From NCBI GenBank assembly GCA_038256845.1, contig JBBSJY010000001.1:1-62579 (forward strand): a stretch of 62,579 nucleotides of DNA. Reading direction: 5' to 3'. The notes beneath the pieces are model-generated. The model searched no databases. It saw only the letters and a program-made list of their open reading frames with translations, and was not told where the DNA came from. Positions 46,693 to 55,077 of the stretch are shown here, in pieces; position 1 is the first letter of the stretch; each line of letters opens with the position of its first letter. The DNA comes from Verrucomicrobiales bacterium (GTDB taxonomy: Bacteria; Verrucomicrobiota; Verrucomicrobiia; Verrucomicrobiales; Akkermansiaceae). Made by a program: the position numbers and the translations under genes.

Positions 46693-48519
46693 ATGAAATT
46701 TCTGTCCCTCATCTGTTTGGCCCTCCACCTGCCGCTCCACGCAGGAAACCTGCTGGTGGAAGCGGAGCAATTTACCGACAAGGGCGGTTGGAAAGTGGAC
46801 ACGCAATTCATCGAAACCATGGGTTCGCCTTACCTGATCGCGCATGGTTTGGGAAAACCCGTTGCCGATGCCTCCACCGAAATCGAAATCTCCGCGGACG
46901 GGAGTTACCGCGTCTGGGTGAGGACGATCGACTGGTCGGAACGTATCGGCAGGGCAGAGGGAGCGGGGCGGTTCGAGCTCACGATCGGTGACGAAAAAAT
47001 CGGCGGCGAGCTGGGCGCGGGACATCCCGAGTGGTCTTGGGAAGCGGTCGGTACGGCGGAATTGATGGCAGGCAAAACCATACTCGCGTTGAAGGATCTC
47101 ACGGGCTTCAACGGGCGTGTCGACGCCGTCTTGCTAAGCAGCAATCCAGATTTCACCCCGCCGGAGGACGTCGGCTTGGAAGAACGGATCGGCTGGAAGA
47201 TTCCCGGATCTCCCGATGGGATCGAGGAAGCCGGAAATTATGATCTGGTGGTAATCGGCGGCGGTTATGGAGGTCTTGGGTCGGCGATTGCCGCGGCGCG
47301 GATGGGAGCGAAGGTGGCTCTGATTCAAAACCGCCAGGTGCTGGGTGGAAATGGTTCGTCCGAAATACGGGTCTGGGCGAAAGGCGAGCTTCCACCGAGC
47401 GAGTATCCCTTGGCCGATATCATTCGCGAAATCCAGGATACCGCCAGCGCCTCACCTGCTGCCGCCGGGGAATTTGTCGACGACAAGAAGGAAGATGTCG
47501 TCCGCGCGGAGAAAAACATCACGCTTTTCCTAGGACATCACGCTTACGGGATCGAGATGAAGAACGGCGGGATCGCTGCCGCAAATCTCCTGGAAGTGGA
47601 ATCGGGCAAGATCAAACGGGTCACCGGAAAGCTTTTCGCCGACTGCACCGGCCACGGGTTCATCGGCGCATGGGCGGGTGCGGATACCACGATGACCGAG
47701 ATGGGGCGCATGGGAATGAGCAACATGTGGATGTGGGAGAACGGCGAGGAAACCACCTCGTTTCCCGAACAACCCTGGATGGTCCGGCTTGAGGCAAAAA
47801 ACTTTCCTTATCCCCGACGCGGCCATGCGGAATGGTTCTGGGAAAGCGGCTTCGACAAACACCCGATCGACGAACTGGAAATCACCCGGGACTACAATCT
47901 GCTCGCCGCCTACAGCGCCTGGAGCGCCATTAAAAATCACAGCGCCCATACCGAGCGCGATCCCGACGGCCATTCGAAGGCACGGTTGTCATGGCTTGCC
48001 TATATCGGTGGAACCCGTGAAACCCAGCAGATCCTCGGCGATGTCGTGCTGACCGGGGATGACATCCGGACACAAAAAGTATTTCCTGATGCAACGGTCC
48101 GCACCACCTGGAGCATTGATCTGCATTACCCGGAGGAAAAATACAAGAGCGCGCTTCCCGAGCACCCGTTCATCGCCAGGGCCGTCCACGGTCCGGGTGT
48201 GGATCGCAAGTCGGGCTACCCGATCCCTTACCGCTGCTTCTACTCCCGCAACGTCCCGAACCTTTTCATGGCCGGCCGCAATATCAGCGTGAACCGCGAT
48301 GCTCTGGGGACCATCCGGGTGATGAAAACGATCGGTATGATGGGCGTCGCAGTGGGCCGAGCCGCCGCGCTCTGCGTCGCCAAAGACTGCACGCCGCGCG
48401 AAGTTTACAGCGACCATCTCGATTCCGCCAAAGCGCTCTGGCGCCTGCCCGGCAAGGAGCGCTTTGATTCCATCGATGACCTGCGGACCACTCTCGACAA
48501 AAACCCCGCTACAAACTGA
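46693..48519 (+). CDS. Secreted FAD-dependent oxidoreductase (FAD_oxidored-type)
   Basis: Signal peptide, VEAE.F..GGW N-terminal module, VIGGG.GG...AI.AAR, LGGN.SSE, DCTG.G, IPYRC.YS.NV.NL.MAGR. Confidence 0.88.
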   Translation: MKFLSLICLALHLPLHAGNLLVEAEQFTDKGGWKVDTQFIETMGSPYLIAHGLGKPVADASTEIEISADGSYRVWVRTIDWSERIGRAEGAGRFELTIGDEKIGGELGAGHPEWSWEAVGTAELMAGKTILALKDLTGFNGRVDAVLLSSNPDFTPPEDVGLEERIGWKIPGSPDGIEEAGNYDLVVIGGGYGGLGSAIAAARMGAKVALIQNRQVLGGNGSSEIRVWAKGELPPSEYPLADIIREIQDTASASPAAAGEFVDDKKEDVVRAEKNITLFLGHHAYGIEMKNGGIAAANLLEVESGKIKRVTGKLFADCTGHGFIGAWAGADTTMTEMGRMGMSNMWMWENGEETTSFPEQPWMVRLEAKNFPYPRRGHAEWFWESGFDKHPIDELEITRDYNLLAAYSAWSAIKNHSAHTERDPDGHSKARLSWLAYIGGTRETQQILGDVVLTGDDIRTQKVFPDATVRTTWSIDLHYPEEKYKSALPEHPFIARAVHGPGVDRKSGYPIPYRCFYSRNVPNLFMAGRNISVNRDALGTIRVMKTIGMMGVAVGRAAALCVAKDCTPREVYSDHLDSAKALWRLPGKERFDSIDDLRTTLDKNPATN

Positions 48520-50152
48520 GGGAACACGCCGACTGCGTCGTTATGGGCTCGGCCTCTACCGGCTCGGCATCGTGTTCGCCGCCTTCGCGCTGGTTCGTTT
48601 CGCCCACGACCCGGAACCGGCGGACAACACCGCCCTGCTTCTGGAAGCGTCGCGAGCGGAACTCCCCTCGGTGGCGGCCCTTGGCGAGCCGGTGGATGGC
48701 CTTTACCCGCTTCTCGATGATCGTGGCGACACGATTGGATCGGCAGCCCGCACGTTTCCTCAAGCGCGCCCCATCCACGGCTACGCGGGTCCTTCCGAAC
48801 TTGCGGTGATCTTCGATATCTCGCGGCAAGTCCGCGCGGTGCGGTTTCTGCGAAGCGCGGACACCGCCGGGCATGTCGGGAAAGTGCGCGACGATGCCGA
48901 ATACTGGCAGCAATGGAACGGCCGCGGCGAGGCCCGCCTCGGCGATTTGGGAACACCTCACATTGTCAGCGGAGCCACTCTCACCAGCGAGGCGATGGCT
49001 CGCGGTGTCGCGGCCCGATTCGGAGCCGAAGGGCTGGATCAGTGGTTCTCAGCGCCACTGGAAGTTGAACGGATACAAGCTTGGTTTCCCAATGCCGACC
49101 ATTTGGAGGAGGATGAAAGGGCGGGGCGCTATCGGGTCCTGGCCGGTGGAGAGCGGGTTGGAATCGTTCTCCGCAGCAGTCGCATGGGAGTTGCGGCCCG
49201 GGGTTTCAATGGTTCCTCCGACGTGATCGTCGCGCTGGATCCCGAGGCTTCCGGTGTGGTCGGGGTCGGTCTGTTGGCCAGTCGTGACAACGAACCCTAC
49301 GTCGGGGATGTGAAGGACGAACTTCAATACGCGGATGGTTTCGCCGGGCGCACGATTGACGATATCCTGGGAATTGGCGCGGACAAAGGCCTGGTGGTCA
49401 GCGGTGCCAGTTTCACGGCTTCGGCGGTGATCGAAAGCGTCCGGGAGATGCTCCGCCGCGAAGTGGCGGAGGAACCACGCGAATCGATCCCATACCAATC
49501 GATCCTCGGGCTTTCTTGGATAGCAGCCGGCATTTTCATGACGTTCTCAAAGCGATTTCGTGGAGCTAAATTCCGATTGGCGTTCGCCGCGATTTCGGTC
49601 GCCGCCGGTCTCGTCCTCGGCTGGATGATCGGCCTGGACCAGCTCGTCGGTTGGTCGCGCCATGGCACCAACCCCGGTGTCGCAATGCCTTGGCTTCTGC
49701 TGGCGGCGGTGGCGATGGTGATTCCGGCGCTCACCGGTAAGAACGTCTATTGCAGTCGCATCTGTCCCCATGGTGCGGTGCAGACCATCGCGAACCGGAC
49801 GGTTTCCAAACGATTCTCCCTCCCGCCCCGGTTCCATCGTCTGTTGAGCGGGCTGCCTTGGCTCACGCTAGTCGCGATATGGACGCTCACGCTGGGCTCG
49901 GTTCATTTCCCGGTTTCCCATGCCGAACCATTTGAGATCTGGAGCAGCGGGTTCTACGCGGTTCTGCCCGCTACGATTTTCACGATCGGGCTGCTTGCCG
50001 CCTTCTTCCTGCCACAAGCCTACTGCCACTACGGCTGCCCGACGGGTGCGCTGCTGAAATTCCTCACCCACGCGCCCGGCCGTTGGACCCGGCGCGACTC
50101 GGTGGCCGCCTGGCTCGTAGTGGCCGCGACAACTTTTGTCCTCATCCGATGA
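48476..50152 (+). CDS. FMN-binding (x2) / NosR-NirI-like membrane protein
   Basis: GYAGP, VSGATLTS and VSGASFT flavinylation motifs, C-terminal TMs with YC..ICPHG and YCHYGCPTG; start uncertain. Confidence 0.8.
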   Translation: MTCGPLSTKTPLQTEGTRRLRRYGLGLYRLGIVFAAFALVRFAHDPEPADNTALLLEASRAELPSVAALGEPVDGLYPLLDDRGDTIGSAARTFPQARPIHGYAGPSELAVIFDISRQVRAVRFLRSADTAGHVGKVRDDAEYWQQWNGRGEARLGDLGTPHIVSGATLTSEAMARGVAARFGAEGLDQWFSAPLEVERIQAWFPNADHLEEDERAGRYRVLAGGERVGIVLRSSRMGVAARGFNGSSDVIVALDPEASGVVGVGLLASRDNEPYVGDVKDELQYADGFAGRTIDDILGIGADKGLVVSGASFTASAVIESVREMLRREVAEEPRESIPYQSILGLSWIAAGIFMTFSKRFRGAKFRLAFAAISVAAGLVLGWMIGLDQLVGWSRHGTNPGVAMPWLLLAAVAMVIPALTGKNVYCSRICPHGAVQTIANRTVSKRFSLPPRFHRLLSGLPWLTLVAIWTLTLGSVHFPVSHAEPFEIWSSGFYAVLPATIFTIGLLAAFFLPQAYCHYGCPTGALLKFLTHAPGRWTRRDSVAAWLVVAATTFVLIR

Positions 50153-50949
50153 AGCGGCTTCTCCTCATCGGCATCCTGCTCGGCTGGGTGGCTGTCCTGA
50201 TCGGAAAATCTCTCCCCTCCCGCATCCACCATGCCGACGGCCGTGCGATGGGGACCTCTTGGAAACTCGCGTGGCGCGGCTCCGACTCACCCGATCTCCG
50301 CGCCGAAGTTTCCCTCGTCCTGGAACATTGGGAACAAACCCTCAGCCACTGGCGCGAGAACTCCGATCTCAGCCGCCACAATCGCGGCGAATCCGCATCG
50401 CCGGAACTCGCCCGTGTCATTGCCCTCGCCGAGGAAATCAGGATCGCCAGCGGGGGTGCGTTTGACCACCGCCTCCTGGAACAGGTCCACCGTGCCGGCT
50501 TCGGACCGCGCGGAAAAGGCATCGACCTCTCCGGCATCGGCAAGGGTTTCGCCGCGGATCGAGTCGGCGATCGGCTCCGGGAACTCGGAGTCAACGACTT
50601 CATCTTCGAACTCGGTGGCGAAATCCTCGCCGGGGATGGCCCGTGGGAGGTGGAAATTGAGCCGCCCGTGCCCGGATCCAGTGAGACCGGGCGTAAATTC
50701 ATCCTCCGCAACCGAGCCCTCGCCACCAGCGGCAACTACCAACAGCACGTGATGGAAGGAGATCTGCTGAAGAGCCATCTGATCGACCCAAGAACCGGCC
50801 AGCCCGTCCTCCGTCCCCCTTCTTCCGTCTCCGTTACCGCCCCCGATTGCGCCACCGCAGACGCATGGGCCACCGCGCTTTTCATCCACGAGCCCGACTT
50901 CGCTGGCTTCCCCTCCGGCCTCACTGTCCGATGGCAGTCTGGTCGCTGA
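50149..50949 (+). CDS. apbE: FAD:protein FMN transferase
   Basis: AMGT, S.WR..S..S..N, GAFD, DLSGIGKG.A.D, GGE, ATSGNY, H.IDP.TG, ADAWATA. Confidence 0.88.
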   Translation: MKRLLLIGILLGWVAVLIGKSLPSRIHHADGRAMGTSWKLAWRGSDSPDLRAEVSLVLEHWEQTLSHWRENSDLSRHNRGESASPELARVIALAEEIRIASGGAFDHRLLEQVHRAGFGPRGKGIDLSGIGKGFAADRVGDRLRELGVNDFIFELGGEILAGDGPWEVEIEPPVPGSSETGRKFILRNRALATSGNYQQHVMEGDLLKSHLIDPRTGQPVLRPPSSVSVTAPDCATADAWATALFIHEPDFAGFPSGLTVRWQSGR

Positions 50950-50994
50950 TCTTGTAGCGAGCGACTTGAGTTCCGCCTTTTGCCAGCGAAATCC

Positions 50995-51030
50995 TTGACA
51001 CCCGCCGCTCTTTGCGGCTTCCTTCCGCCC
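50995..51030 (+). promoter_or_regulatory. tRNA promoter
   Basis: Consensus -35 TTGACA at 50995-51000 upstream of the tRNA. Confidence 0.55.
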
Positions 51031-51045
51031 CGCGCACGCCGCAAG

Positions 51046-51122
51046 GCACCCGTAGCTCAATTGGATAGAGCGTCTGACTACGAATCAGAAGGTTGGGGAT
51101 TCGAGTTCCTCCGGGTGTACCA
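51046..51122 (+). tRNA. tRNA-Arg (ACG)
   Basis: 77-nt cloverleaf GCACCCG...CGGGTGT-A-CCA, anticodon loop CTACGAA, TTCGAGT T-loop. Confidence 0.96.
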
Positions 51123-51167
51123 CTCATTTTCAGTGAGTTGGACCCTAGTTTCAATGGTTCGAAACAT

Positions 51168-51236
51168 CTAGTCTATTTGTGTGCATGCGAATGCAGCGGT
51201 GATGGTGAATGGGAGCAAAGAGAGATGGCGCGTCAT
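51168..51236 (-). pseudogene. Truncated 5' stub of a secreted protein gene
   Basis: MTRHLSLLPFTITAAFACTQID*, a signal peptide only; ATGA-coupled to the upstream pseudogene. Confidence 0.45.
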
Positions 51237-51699
51237 TGTGAAAGAGAGCTGAATTGGGATTGCACGGAAATACCATGCTTTTTCAGCGAGCGGAAATCGG
51301 CAAGGTGGAGGAAGGTGATATAATTCGCATGGAGCGGAAGTCCGGTTCCGGATCGAATTCGAGCGTGCTCCCTTCGTCGCCCACCCGCATCGCGGCAACG
51401 ATCTCGAACCGTTCAAGCCCGCCTCCGAGCTTTTCGGGAGCGTCTTTCTAGGAATGGGTGTTGGTCCCGCAGGATGTTGAGGATCCGTCCCTCGCGGTCC
51501 TGCACGACGTTCCCCTCGATCCTCTCGCGGGTGCGCACCTGGAGGCGGTCTGAGGTCCACTCCACGGCATTGGTCTGAGTCCAGTTCATGGCATCGAGCG
51601 GGTCGCTATCGACCGGCGCGGAGAAGATCATCGGGGAGAAGTCGCGCTTTTTCCTGCGATCGTCCCGCCGATGAATGAGCGGCGGGTAAGGGATTTCAT
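51233..51699 (-). pseudogene. Heavily deleted Tat-exported BNR/sialidase-like gene
   Basis: Pieces in different frames: MKSLTRRSFIG (Tat), SAPVDSD.LDA.NWT, IEGNVV...GRILNILR, G..LEFDPE.DF, ANYITF....DFR. Confidence 0.6.
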
Positions 51700-53138
51700 G
51701 CGAGGATTCCCTTCACCAGATGTCCGTGCACGTCGGTTAGACGGAAATCGCGGCCTTGCGCCCGGTAGGTGAGTCGTTCGTGGTCGAACCCGCAGAGGTG
51801 CAGCAGCGTGGCTTGCAGATCGTGGACGTGGACCGGGTTTTCCGCCGCATGAAAGGCGAACTCGTCGCTGCTGCCGTAGACGCAGCCCTTCTTCACGCCG
51901 CCACCGGCCAGCCAGACGGTGAAGGCGCGCGGATGGTGGTCGCGGCCGTGGGCCTTCGGGTTGGTGATGTCTCCCTGGACGAACGGCGTGCGGCCGAACT
52001 CACCGCCCCAGATGACGAGCGTATCCTCTAACATTCCCCGCATTTTTAAGTCCTTCACGAGCGCGGCGCTTGGCTGGTCGGTGTCCTTGCACTGGATCGG
52101 GAGCTGGGTGGGCAGGTTGCCGTGCTGGTCCCAGCCGGCATGGAGAAGCTGGACATAACGGACGCCGCGCTCGGCGAGACGGCGGGCCATCAGGCAGTTG
52201 TATGCATAACTCCCCTTGCGCTTCACGTCGGGACCATACATATCGAGCACCGACTGGGGTTCGTTGCTGAGGTCCGTGAGTTCGGGGACGCTGGCCTGCA
52301 TCTGGTAGGCCATTTCATACTGCGCGACGCGGGTGTTGATTTCCGGATCGGCGACGCGCTCGCTGGCGTAGTGGTTCATTTCCGCCAGGCCGTCCAGCAT
52401 CTTGCGGCGCAGGCTGCGGTCCATGCCATCCGGGTTGCTCAGATAGAGCACCGGATCGCCCGACCCGCGGAACGGGACGCCTTGGAATTTTCCCGGCAGG
52501 AAGCCATTGCCCCAATAGTAGTCGTAGAAAAACTGGCCGCACGACGCCTCCTGGTCGCGCGAGGTCATGACGATGAATCCCGGCAAATTCTCCGCCTCGG
52601 TGCCGAGTCCGTAGGTGACCCACGCGCCGATGCTCGGGCGGCCCGGCAGGTTGTGCCCGCAAAGCATGTGGGAAACGGCGGGCGCGTGGTTGATTTGTTC
52701 GCCGTGCATCGAGCGGATGAACGTCAGGTCATCGACGATGCTCGCGGTGTGGGGCAGCAGGTCGCTCACCCACATGCCGCTCTCGCCGCGCTGGCTGCCG
52801 CCCCATGCGGCTGGCAGGCAGGGTTTGCCCTTCTGGTTCGCAGTCATGGTGGTGAGCCGCAAGCCGCCTAACACGCTCTCCGGAATGTCGGTGCCGCGCA
52901 TTTTTTCGAGAGCCGGTTTGTTGTCGAAGAGATCGACGTGCGAGGGTCCGCCGGTCTGCATCATGTAAATCACACGCTTTGCCTTGGGGGCGAAATGCGG
53001 CAGGCCCCTGAGATCGAGAGGTGCGGAAACCTGCGCCCCTAACAACGATTGCAGGGCGGGCAGTCCGAGCGTGAGCGCCGTGGTGCCGAGGAAACGGCGG
53101 CGGCTCAGTAGATTGGCGTGTTCGGCGAGTGGATTCAT
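51696..53138 (-). CDS. DUF1501 domain protein (Tat-exported)
   Basis: SRRRFL, HFAPKAKRVI, GGPSH.DLFD.KP, WDQH, WGGEFGRTP, GRDHH, GRDFRLTDV. Confidence 0.92.
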   Translation of the reverse strand: MNPLAEHANLLSRRRFLGTTALTLGLPALQSLLGAQVSAPLDLRGLPHFAPKAKRVIYMMQTGGPSHVDLFDNKPALEKMRGTDIPESVLGGLRLTTMTANQKGKPCLPAAWGGSQRGESGMWVSDLLPHTASIVDDLTFIRSMHGEQINHAPAVSHMLCGHNLPGRPSIGAWVTYGLGTEAENLPGFIVMTSRDQEASCGQFFYDYYWGNGFLPGKFQGVPFRGSGDPVLYLSNPDGMDRSLRRKMLDGLAEMNHYASERVADPEINTRVAQYEMAYQMQASVPELTDLSNEPQSVLDMYGPDVKRKGSYAYNCLMARRLAERGVRYVQLLHAGWDQHGNLPTQLPIQCKDTDQPSAALVKDLKMRGMLEDTLVIWGGEFGRTPFVQGDITNPKAHGRDHHPRAFTVWLAGGGVKKGCVYGSSDEFAFHAAENPVHVHDLQATLLHLCGFDHERLTYRAQGRDFRLTDVHGHLVKGILA

Positions 53139-53152
53139 GGGTTTTAGCTCGT

Positions 53153-54238
53153 TTAACTGATGCGATGAAGTTTGTAAGGATACACTTTGTTTGCATTCCA
53201 CTGGCAAGCGTAGAGGTCGCCCTGGTCGTCCACGCACACGTCGTGGCAGTGCTGGAAGATCGCTTGGTCCTGCATCATGACAGCGGGCTTTCCAGCGTTA
53301 TTGTAGCTTGGAGCGGTGCCACCGGGGTTTGAGATCACGCGGTTCGCCTTGTCGAGAATCGTGATGAATCCACGCTTCATTTTCGGGCGGAAATCATCGG
53401 GCTCCATTCCGAAGCAAACGCCAGAATACAGGAAATCCCCGTGAATCACCGGGCGGCTCACAAACGCGCCGGGCATATAAACCGATTTCACAAACTCGCC
53501 CGCAGGGGTGAACCACTGGAACTCGTTGCGCATCCGCTCGGTGCAGACCAACAGCGGTTCACTCTCGCGGGTGTCCATGACCAGTCCGTGGACCTGAAGA
53601 AATTTTCCTTCGCTAAACTCATTCCTGCCACCGAATTTTCCGAGATACTTGCCGCCACTGTCGAAACGCAGGATGAATTGAGAGCCATAGCCGTCGGCAA
53701 CGTAAATCTGGCCATCAGGACCGACGGCCACTTCGGTGGGAAGATATTTCTCCGTCTCTTTGTAGGCACCGCATTGCGCGGCGGTCGGAAGCTCCATCAG
53801 CAGCTCGCCCTCGAGCGAGGTCTTGATCACGCGGCCTAAGAAATCGGCGATCCAGAATACCTCACGATCCCCTTCCCGCGCCAAGGTCAGCCCGTGGGCG
53901 CAACCCAGCTTCAAAGTCCAAGTGCCGAGCAGTGACCCGTCCTTCGAATAGATGATGACATTGTTCCGCGGATCGTCGGTGAGAAGGAAGAGCCGGCCAT
54001 CGCGGACCTGCACCATTTCATGACAGTTGTTGACCGGAGCGTTTGCGGGATCGGCCTTGCTCCAGAGCATGTCCAATCGGTAGCGATGCGCGCCGTGGCC
54101 GATGATATTGCCATGAAAATCAGGTGCGGTTTTGTCCGACGCCCGCACTTGCGGCACGGCGAACAGGCCTGCCGTGGCGGCAGCGGTGCCGATGAAGCGG
54201 CGGCGGGTAGTGGTGATGGGTGGAATGGGTGGATTCAT
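53153..54238 (-). CDS. Tat-exported NHL/6-bladed beta-propeller (peptidylglycine-lyase-like)
   Basis: RRRFIG, NCHEM, HGL, YVADGYG, HG, HCHDVCVD..G.LY..QWN. Confidence 0.8.
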   Translation of the reverse strand: MNPPIPPITTTRRRFIGTAAATAGLFAVPQVRASDKTAPDFHGNIIGHGAHRYRLDMLWSKADPANAPVNNCHEMVQVRDGRLFLLTDDPRNNVIIYSKDGSLLGTWTLKLGCAHGLTLAREGDREVFWIADFLGRVIKTSLEGELLMELPTAAQCGAYKETEKYLPTEVAVGPDGQIYVADGYGSQFILRFDSGGKYLGKFGGRNEFSEGKFLQVHGLVMDTRESEPLLVCTERMRNEFQWFTPAGEFVKSVYMPGAFVSRPVIHGDFLYSGVCFGMEPDDFRPKMKRGFITILDKANRVISNPGGTAPSYNNAGKPAVMMQDQAIFQHCHDVCVDDQGDLYACQWNANKVYPYKLHRIS

Positions 54239-54269
54239 GGCGAAAAATCGAGATTTGCAAGCGAGTCAT

Positions 54270-54292
54270 ATGTCTGACATGATGTCTGACAT
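54270..54292. promoter_or_regulatory. TA operator: tandem palindromes
   Basis: ATGTC-T-GACAT twice (54270-54280 and 54282-54292) overlapping the antitoxin start. Confidence 0.65.
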
Positions 54293-54602
54293 GAAAGCCA
54301 CGAAGACAAATTCGGAAGCACCGCCCGACACGTTTACCGTCAGGGAGATGAGCAGGAATGCGGCGAGCGTTTTGAAAGCATCGCTGGTCCATGGGCAAGT
54401 CCGCATCAAGTCGCGCGGCGGGCCGACATTTCTGCTGATGCCGGACAGGACCGGTGAGAGCGCTACGGAGCGGGCCAAAGCGGCCGGAGACTCCGCAACC
54501 CGACAGCGCGAGTATCGGGAAAAGTTGCGGACGATGGGCGCCCGTCCGCCCCTGCCCGAGGACATGGAGCGAATCAACCGCATCATTGCCGGTGAGGAAT
54601 GA
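54291..54602 (+). CDS. Antitoxin (Phd/YefM-like)
   Basis: FTVREMSRN...VL......V.I..RG pattern; ATGA overlap with the PIN toxin. Confidence 0.7.
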   Translation: MKATKTNSEAPPDTFTVREMSRNAASVLKASLVHGQVRIKSRGGPTFLLMPDRTGESATERAKAAGDSATRQREYREKLRTMGARPPLPEDMERINRIIAGEE

Positions 54603-55066
54603 CCGTTTACGCGGATACGAACTTCTTCACCAATCTTCTGGTGGAATTGCCGCGGAGCGCGGATGCCGACTTGCTGGCGATCACGAACCGGGAGCAGGGA
54701 TCGCTGCCCTTCCCGGTTTGCAGGCTGCTGAACTTCGAACTGATCAACGCTTTGCAGCGCTTGCGTTACGAAGCGACCCATGGAACCCAAAAAATCCGGA
54801 TTACCCCCGAACTGGCCTTGGTGGCTGAGGGACAATTCGCCGAGCAGCTTGCGATCGGGTTCGATTGGCGGAAATGCGAACCCGATTCCGAACTGTTGGT
54901 TTCGACTTTCAATGATATGGTTCATCGACATACGGCAATACGCGGCTTCCGCACCTATGACGTTCTCCATGTCGCTTCCGCCTTGGTGCTCGGCTGCGAT
55001 ACCTTCTGGAGCTTCGACAAGAAAGCCCTTCACCTCGCCAGACTCGAAGGGCTTGGGACGATCTGA
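54599..55066 (+). CDS. PIN-domain toxin (VapC-like)
   Basis: YADTNF, E..NAL, RTYD.LHVASA...GC..F.SFD. Confidence 0.88.
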   Translation: MTVYADTNFFTNLLVELPRSADADLLAITNREQGSLPFPVCRLLNFELINALQRLRYEATHGTQKIRITPELALVAEGQFAEQLAIGFDWRKCEPDSELLVSTFNDMVHRHTAIRGFRTYDVLHVASALVLGCDTFWSFDKKALHLARLEGLGTI

Positions 55067-55077
55067 TAGGTCGCGAT

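Noticed and set aside
12000-51000. Local G-rich/C-rich strand patches as support for an origin
   Set aside because: Skew appears to flip every few kb by eye and cannot be used without computation on the whole genome
50921-51154. 77-aa ORF containing GTRIPNLLIRSQTLYPIELR
   Set aside because: Antisense translation of tRNA-Arg
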